From Octopus sinensis (lineage: Eukaryota): a DNA stretch of 64,000 nucleotides. A model generated the notes under the pieces. That model was not told the DNA's origin, did not search any database, and was given only the letters and a program-made list of their open reading frames with translations. The stretch spans positions 46,624,001 through 46,688,000 of the forward strand of contig NC_043007.1 in NCBI RefSeq assembly GCF_006345805.1. The letters run 5' to 3'. Below, in pieces: positions 55,232 to 64,000 of this stretch. The translations under genes were made by a program, and so were the position numbers. Position 1 is the stretch's first letter. The number at the start of each line of letters is the position of its first letter.

Positions 55232-58200
55232 TCTTGCAAAGCATGATATTGTTGGTAAAGCAGAAACAAAATGGGTACTACCTTTGGAAATAAAGAATAC
55301 GTGTGGAACATTCCAATAAAAACAGGTGCCGGCTGTAAACACATTATTCTAGATACTGTTCTGTGGAACAGAAAGTGCAAGTCATGACCGTTTTAAAGGT
55401 CAGCAGCCCAGAGGATGTGAATATCTCGTTTAATTTTAGGGGACAACAAGAAAATCAGAGCTAGTCAATATTGTGCGTCTGTCACTTCCTTGTTCGGAAC
55501 ATTCTTTGCAGTCATGAATCATGAACTATTGGTGTTTACGTTTAACATATGATCTGACGGAAGCTGCTTTCTCCTCCCACTTTTCTCCAGATACTGAAAA
55601 CCTACACAGACCTGTTCCAGCTGAGCTATGATTAAAGTTATCACGATGAAGGCCAATTTGACCTTTGTCCAGATATAGTGTATATTTTACGATGTTAACT
55701 GTATATTTGTTTTAAAACAGTCAACAGAGATTTAGCTTTTGTTATTAGTAAACAATCGAACCACATAAAAACACACTCGATGTTTCAATGAACTTACTCG
55801 TCTTCACAACATGCAATTTATAATTCTTAGAAGGCTCTTAATATAAAAGTTTATCATGAATAAACATATTTGTATTCTCATGACACTGTAATTAGTGGTC
55901 GTCACGGGTGGCACATAATCACAAAATTTCGTATATAACACAGTTGATTTCTCTTTACAGTGAATTATTCAGATTTGAAACATCCTGTATGAAATTATTT
56001 TACTGGAATTGCAACACTAGGAGTAACTACAAATTTGTTATTTTCAAGAGTCTGAAATGTATTTAAATTGAGGCTCAGTTTGTATAGTTGCAGAAAACCG
56101 TTGTTGTTTATTTCAGAATAATCTTTAGAAATAAATTGTTAGTAGTTGAAGAGACTTGTCACGGAATACAGAGCACATGAAATTATTGACAATTGATAAT
56201 GTGTAAAGAAAAAATCGATATCAGAAGATGCAGCAGCAGCAACAGATGAAGAAATATAATAATGGTGATGAAGAAAAATAAATAAATAACTAGGAGGAAA
56301 TGACAAACTATAAGATGTTGAAAATGATGAGTAATAAATGAGACACGATAATAACTATTAAAACGTTATTAATGTTGAAAGGAAATTCAGAGAAGGGAAG
56401 AAATAATAAAAGTGGTAATTGTTAATTAGTATTATTTTTATTATTACTATTACCATAACGTTTCCAAAATTTTCATGCGAGTTTTTACTGAATCGCCAGG
56501 TGCACTTGTGTGTTCCTGCACCTTGTGTAAAAGTGTGTTTGCATATTTCATCTGAAGTATTTTGTTATGAAACTTGTTTTGTTGTTTTTCGAAATTATTT
56601 TTGTGTTTCGTCTGTTGTATGGAATACGTGCAGCCTTGGTTGGTGTTTTACATTTATATGTGGATTTGAGGCGTTTTATGTGTTTTAGTGTTGAGTTGTG
56701 ATTTTTAGTGTTGAGTTTGCGTGGTTTGTGTGAATTATGCTAAACAATTAGGCGAAAGTTCACATAATGTGAGCTGTGTGTGACAGTGGTTGTAGGGGGT
56801 GTAGTATGTTTTACACTCTCGGTTTTCGATTATGAATTGTGTATATTTGATGGTATAACGTATATGTTGTGTAGGTTGAGCGAAGTCACGACTGCATCAG
56901 CTGTACTATTGAACTTGCAGTTTTTCGAGTAGGCGTGAACTGTGAAAACGAAGATGGCAATAAAATGGTACACAGGGGTAAAATAATTACAAGAAAGGTG
57001 TAAGAAGAAAGAAAAAGAAACGAGTAAATATTTGAGAAGACGACAGCTGTGCATAACTAATTTTTGGAGGACGAAAAATATAAAAAAATGGAACGAAGAA
57101 GTGCAAAATGAAAACTAATAATGTACAGTGAATAAAATACATGACTTTAATGAAACAGACTTAGTAAAAATGAGACAAAACACAGGGAAAGAAGAATAAA
57201 AATTCAATTTCATTACTTAAAGTGTCTTCGAATTATAAAAAGAAGAAAAAATCATCCAAATAAGAAAATTTAAAAATATACATAAATTTCGAGAAATTTA
57301 AACTTCCGGAAGTTAACTGATACTTTCTTGAAATACAGTGGGTACGTACATATATACATACACACTAACTTATACACACATGTATATGCGCAAACATATG
57401 CACACAAAGACACTTGTACACATAATAAACACACGCATATATACAAAGATATATAAAGTTATGTATTGTTAACAAGGCAAGGAATTAGAAACTCTCCCAG
57501 CGCAAATTAGATGAGCGATAATTAATCGCTCGGTCTGCTATAGCAGCCAAATCTCACTCGAATCACAGTACTTCCTCTTGAATAGACAAAAGGGTATAGA
57601 CGTTTATTCAAAGTAATGAAGTAATGGTTACATTGTAACTGAAACGAATAAGGAAAGATCACAGCTTAAAGTGGGACCGAGCAATGACAATAAATATAGC
57701 TACAGAGTACAAAAAAGAAACGCTTCAGACTCCCGGCTGTTGATTAATGCTTAAAAGCCAACGTTCGAGGAGCAACGGTCCAAAGCCAGACAGGGAGAAA
57801 AGAAACAATTTTAAAGTATTCGCTGCAGGAAGACTCCATTAATACCAATCTAGCTTAGCAAATTTGGGAAGGTTTTCTATCACAAACTGTATGTCAATTG
57901 CTTTTAATGATTTAACAGTATTGTCACTCGCAATTAAATGTGACTTCATTCACAACAACGGAAACACCTCAACACCTCAACAATTAGCAAGATCTTCGTA
58001 TACGCAAGTTGTTTCCGTGATCATGTAATGCGAACAGATACAGATATTCCCACCGTTGTCCTTTTATTGGAAAATTAAGCTGTCCTGGTATGACAGTAAA
58101 TAGGGGGCATAGCTGCGTCATCATAAGTTTATTACCTCTGTTAGCAACACGAAAGGATAGAAAGTAAAGATGATATCGGAGATAGAGCGCAGAAAATTGA

Positions 58201-58460
58201 GAGAAATAACACTGCACTTTTTTTTATCTGACTCTCTAACGGCTGATATTCGAACACGTTAACTAATCAATGAGATGTAATAGCTTGTCCCATATACTGA
58301 ATAAACGGTTTCGATTTTTTCTTTAGTGGGACTGAAATCGAAATCGAATTTTTTCAGCTTTTATTCCGCCAACATTTCTATGAAATATGATGCGCTTTTA
58401 ATCACTCACATGTGTGTGTGTATGAGTGCGTGCGTGTGCATGTTGTGTATGTGTATTTGT

Positions 58461-58515
<55 letters not shown>

Positions 58516-58622
58516 TGTATGCACGTGCAACCAACTACAAAAATTGATTAAAATACATACTTCAAATTGTTATGATTCAATATACATACATATATATGTG
58601 TGTGTGTGTGCGCGCGCGTGTG

Positions 58623-58666
<44 letters not shown>

Positions 58667-58679
58667 ATATATATATCGA

Positions 58680-58798
58680 TTCCTGACATTGGCACAGGTT
58701 TGTATATTATAGGGAGGATATATTCCATTGAATTGACATCAGTGGACCCTGGGGAGTTAAAACGTTACGTTGAACTTCGCGGTATTTGAGCTCAAAAC
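58680..58798 (-). mobile_element. SINE family A, highly degenerate
   Basis: ttggcacagg...gttgaacttcgcggtatttgagctcaaaac. Confidence 0.45.
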
Positions 58799-59959
58799 AA
58801 AAACTACAATCACATACTCGAGACAGGGTGTTTGATGATCAAACATATACGACAATCCAGTACCACTGAATACAGGTAAATATGACATATATTTAAAGCA
58901 TCATTATGATGCAGAGAGAATTTCGGAGAACCTTTGACTTTCTCTATCCAAAATGATTTTCCAACCCACAATTTACGTGCTATTTTTTATAGCAATTATG
59001 TGCTTTAAGACCTAGTTCGAAAAAAAATCATTCAGCGGCCTCCCAAACGGTTATAAACCCTTATGACGTCAAATATAAGTGCATGTACGCGCGTGTGTTT
59101 GTATTTTGCGAAATAAGAAAAATACTGGGCCGTAAATTGTCTACGTAAAGTTTTACTTGGAGCTAAACAAGAACACATCATATACATCAATCCAAAGAAG
59201 TTTGCGATTTTAGAGAAATTGGAAAACGTACTAATATATAACAGAGATCGTTTGGTCAAAAGTCTTTTGAATTTTTATCTTGTTTGAAGCTAAACCTTTA
59301 CTGAAAGTCATAGGCTCAAATTCAAAACACCAGTTATACTTTATAGCAATAGAAATATACTTACAAGTAAGCAATAACAGAACTGTAAATCATGAGTCAA
59401 GACGTATCTGGTACAATGCATCTTATGCAGTAATTAATAAAAGTTGCTGATTTTACAAAAATAGCATAGCCTCATAAATATGCCGCAACAGAATTTACAA
59501 CGTTCAACACATGCCACTAAAAATGAATCATACGATACAGATTCTCGGTTGCTGCAGGAACTGCCGGAAATAAAGTATAAATATTCTTCAAATCATTTTA
59601 CGTTTTAAAAAGGAAGGACGTGTATTCCTGTATAAACTCTATTACAATTTTATCCTTTTTGCCCCCCTGACCAGTAACAAAAATAGATCAGTTTATAAAT
59701 AATTTGGGATTGCATATTTGAATGTGCCCAGAAACACAGTGGGACAGAGGTATAATATTTTGCTTCCTCAGAAGTCTGGTAAGTGACACAGACCATACGC
59801 GCGTGTACTCTAGAGAGGTATACATTTTGATTATATAGATATCCACATATACATATATATACAAAAAATCATACAAAGGCATATATATAAAGAAACACTC
59901 GGGTAAGTTAAGAGGAATCACCAAAATTGGTTCGACTCAACTGATTCAAACATTTTTCC

Positions 59960-62180
59960 TCATATTGTCCATTTTTGGACAATATGCACAAGTGCTACTG
60001 TCAATAAATCTCAAATAAAATAATGCCACAAAACGCAACGAGATTAAAAAGACCAGAAATATATGCGAATCTCAGCTGAGGAAATGAAACAGATATGGTG
60101 GCAAAAGAAGGTACATGAGTTGCCAAGTGCTGCGGGTAGATGTGACTCTAGGTCATTCTATCAGAATTTAAATGGCCTTTTTGGACCAGTGTCTAGTGGC
60201 TCAACTCCCATTCTTTCAACAGAGGGTAAGCTTCTTACATATTAAAAGGAGATCGCGAAGCGCTGGGCAGAGCGTATTTCAAATATTCTAAATATGGATT
60301 AAATTGTTCATAAAGAACTGACCCACAATCTACCACAGAAGCCGGTCCTTGAAAAACTGTCAGTTACTCCATCAAATGCTGAGATAAAAGGAAAACGTTA
60401 TAAAACAGCTCATGAATGGAAGCACATATGGAAACGATGACATATCAGCTGCGATATATAAGTGTGGTAGCAGTCTCCTGCTGAACACGTTACGTGAAAA
60501 CTAGGAATCAGGATAAGTCCCATATGAGTTTAAAACGCTTCTGTTGTCCAATTTTATAAGCACAAAGGCAACAAATGTGAATGTGACAACCATAGAGGTA
60601 TATCTATTTTGTGTTTTGCCTGGAAGATCCTTGGTAGGGTTATCTGAAAAAGACTACATGATGCCCTTGCCAGCTTAGTGTTGCCTGGAATCTCACTGTG
60701 GATTTTGAACAGGTAGAAGGACAGTGGATATAATTTCTAGCCTAAGGCAGCTGCAGGAATGGCTCATGGGCACAACCGTGACATATTTGTCATTATTGTA
60801 GATACAGCTAAACTTTCGACACCGTATCTAGGGATGATCCTCTTTGGGTTGTCCGCAGAAAGCTATATGTTTCCGTAAAGATACGCAATGTTATCGTATC
60901 TTTCCAAAGGGATGATGGCTTCTGTCAGATCTATTGAGGAAGTATCCGATTACTTTTCAGTCTCAAATGAGACAATACAAGTCTGTGTTCTGTCACCGCT
61001 CTTATTTGCTTTTTATGTCTCCGTCATGTTGGAAACAGCGTTCGTGGGTATGAGAGAAGGAATATAGTTTGAGTACAAAAGTGGTAGTGGCTTTTCAACC
61101 AACGTCGATTCAAAGAAAAAATACAAAGACTTTCGTGAAAACAGTTCGGAGTTTGCTCTTCGCAGACAATTGTGCACTTGCAGTACAGACTTTTGAAGAC
61201 AGTCAATGTATTCTAAACAATATTTCGCGTGAATCAACGGTTTTTGTCTGACGATCAGCATCAAGGATAATGAGCTTATCCGTCTTCCTGTTGTTGCCTA
61301 TGTGCTGATGGGTAAGCATTAAAAATTGTTCCCCCTTTCACTTGGGTTGTTTCTATTGTGTCCAATTATAAGATCGATAGAGAAATTGAGTCCAGAGTCG
61401 GAATAACTAGCTCTGCTCTCGGCAAGTTTGATCATGGGCTTTGGAACCGTCACGACGTATCGTTGACGGTGAAAGTCAATCTATATCCTTGGACGCCATG
61501 GATATGTGTGATGGCCATAGATTTGTATGATGAGTGACTCTTGACAACATTGCTTTATGATGCTGAATCTTGGACTATGTACCGAAAGTACATTAACCTA
61601 CTTAACACGTTTCATAGGCGATCCTTGCTTAATATCTCCAATATAACAGCGATTTACCATATTTATAACAGAAAATTACTTACAAAATGCAACGTATTGG
61701 ATATTGAAACCATCTTCACCAAAATACAGCTTAGATGGTCAGGTCATATTTCACGTATGAGTGATATCACAATTCCGCAGCGACTTCTCTTTCGCCAATT
61801 CCCATCGGGAAGGTCAATTGGAAGGCGATTCTTGCGCTTCAAAGACAAGCTAAAAGACAATCTGAAGCGATGCAACATTTCCCTTTTTAATGGAAAAACA
61901 AAGCATCAGAAAGCAGGACCCAAACCGGACCAGCTTCTCCTCAGTTCGAAGATTTGATCAAGGTCGATTCCAACATCAGGACCAAATTCGTGTAAGCATG
62001 AAGCCACACTGACAAAATGCTGCTCAACTAAATGGATACCTTATGTGTCACTGGTTTTGTGACACGAAACAAAGCATGCCTTGCCGTCCACTCTCCAAAG
62101 CACATAGTAAATGATCCACAAGCACTGAAGCAAACTGAGTCGTCGGTTTGGTGCAAGACGTTTGCAAGCCACCAGCAGGC
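59960..62180 (+). mobile_element. RTE-clade LINE, 5'-truncated and pseudogenised
   Basis: WWQKKVHEL...FYQNLNGLFGP, KEIAKRWAE, LYKHKGNKCECDNHRGISIL, CVLSPLLF, LLFADNCAL, LLYDAESWT, QLRWSGHISRM...IPQRLLF...GR...RFKDKLKDNLK. Confidence 0.93.
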
Positions 62181-62339
62181 CCCAATAAATATATTTGTGT
62201 CAACATAACATGGTTCACGCCTTATTTTAGTGAACCCTTATTTCTCGTTCAAGGTGAGAGAATCTATCACGTATAAAACGAACATATATATAAATACATA
62301 CACACACGGATACAGACACACATACATACATACATACAT

Positions 62340-62401
<62 letters not shown>

Positions 62402-62422
62402 TATATATTTCGTTTTTGGAGT

Positions 62423-62542
62423 CAAGACTATTGAAAAGATTGGAAGACGCAACGAAAATTTTAGGAAAACCATAAATAAGTGGAAATTTGAACGGTCAGT
62501 TTGTTAAATTATAAGGCAAAAAAATGACACAACAGTATATAT

Positions 62543-62639
<97 letters not shown>

Positions 62640-64000
62640 TACATATAAATCCCTCCCAAAAAACGAAGAGCAAACACAAGATGAAAAAACAATGCGACGA
62701 CGCAAATATTAGCAGACGCTCGTTGAGGAAAAGAAAGGTTGTTTCATGTTTTGAGCAAAGCTCTTCGTCAGGAACAGGAGACGAAGAAAAGTCCAAGAGC
62801 AAAACAACATTGACAACGATCCGTATGTGGTTACCTTTTGAAATGATCGGAAATGAACGGGTTATGAAAAAGTTCTTTCTATGATAGGAGAGTGTAAGAG
62901 GAGCTATTTTATGTGTATGTGTGAGTATGGTCGTGTGCACGAAGTCTGTGTGTGTGTGAGTAATAGCATGTGTGTATGTGTGTGTGTTGTGTGTGTGTTG
63001 TGTGTGTGTAGTTGTTTGTATGTGTATGTGTGAGTGAACTGTGTGTCTCTTATTGTAAGAAGAATTCAGGAGCATGGTAACAAGAGTGGTGGTTGTTAAT
63101 ATAGTTGTGTGTCTCTTCACATGTGTGTAGAGAAATGGTGAGCAGAAAGGTATTTGACTGGCAGTTTGAAGTATATGTGTGCATGTGTATGTATGCGTGT
63201 TTGTGTATGTAGATGTTGCGTGTGTTTTGTGTGTGGTATGTCTCCATGCGTCTGTGTGTGTGCGTATGTGTGCGTGTGTGTGTACCTGTGCGTATGCGCG
63301 TGTAGTTGTTCGTACGTTTTTGAGTGTATGCGTGCGTGTGTGTGTATGTTTGTGTATGTGTGTGTATGGGTGTGCGTGGGGTTGTGTGTGTTAGTTAATA
63401 TATGTATATATATAGATATATTTCGTTTTTGGATTTGGTTTGCAAGATTCTTTATATGAGTTCGTGTGTTGAAGCATATTATGTTGTGTCTGACGAGAGT
63501 CATTTTCTTTTTGTGCCTTATATTTTAACACACTTACCGGTAAGATTTCCTGTAAATTCTTATTTTTATTTTCCTAAAATTTTCGTTGCGTCTTGCAACC
63601 TTTTCAATAGTCTTGCTTCTGTCCGTTATTTACACTGCATTCCTTTTATTTTGTTTATGCACATGTGTGTTTTCTGTGTGTGTGTGTGTGTGTGCCTATG
63701 CATGCATGTACATACGTACATACATACATACATACATACATGCATAGGCACACACACACAAATATAAATAAGAAATAAGTAGAAATTTTACCAGTGAGTG
63801 TGTTAAATTGTAAGTCGCAAAAAGAAAAAGGAGAATGACTCTCCCCAGTATATATAGATATATAAATGGGTACAGAACGTCACAGATCTTAAGCAACATA
63901 CGAAAGCAACTGAGTTGAGTACGTACGCAAACATCGAGATAAATAAATGGAAAACAAGACAAGTAACAGAAAGAACGACATTTCATAGTTTGTCCGTTGT
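62423..64000. mobile_element. Cluster of PLE-like terminal segments in alternating orientation
   Basis: 62423-62528 is the reverse complement of 63499-63615; 63773-63845 is a third copy oriented like the first. Confidence 0.65.
62744..62776 (-). ncRNA. Hammerhead-like motif, at least one core mutation
   Basis: CUGACGA-A-GAGC-UUU-GCUC-AAAAC; perfect stem II, G12 changed to A. Confidence 0.55.

Noticed and set aside
56420-56820. Possible decayed PLE C-terminus on the minus strand (similar hint at 43430-43800)
   Set aside because: Too degenerate to support by eye.

Overview
AT-rich, microsatellite-dense eukaryotic DNA with no supportable host protein-coding gene, so it is probably intergenic or intronic. 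The SINE families and repeat landscape resemble an octopus (cephalopod) genome; this is from recall and was not checked. Nearly all ORFs in the track are translated microsatellites. The recognisable content is decayed transposons: two Penelope-like retroelement (PLE) lineages, R4/Dong-clade LINE pieces stacked in an (AAT)n tract, an RTE LINE, three Tc1/mariner remnants, Helitron Pif1-helicase remnants and at least four tRNA-derived SINE families. The most striking pattern is five head-to-head inverted structures carrying minimal type I hammerhead-ribozyme motifs (about 11.5, 15.5-16.4, 25.7-33.1, 38.8-40.1 and 62.4-63.6 kb). The largest is a tRNA-headed SINE with an internal (AAT)n tract and a hammerhead tail. 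It sits as an inverted full-plus-truncated pair bounded by a 14-bp target-site duplication, making it a candidate Penelope-mobilised ribozyme SINE, and its (AAT)n tract later received about 6.5 kb of AAT-associated insertions. All alignments and folds were done by eye, and boundaries are approximate unless an exact motif is quoted.
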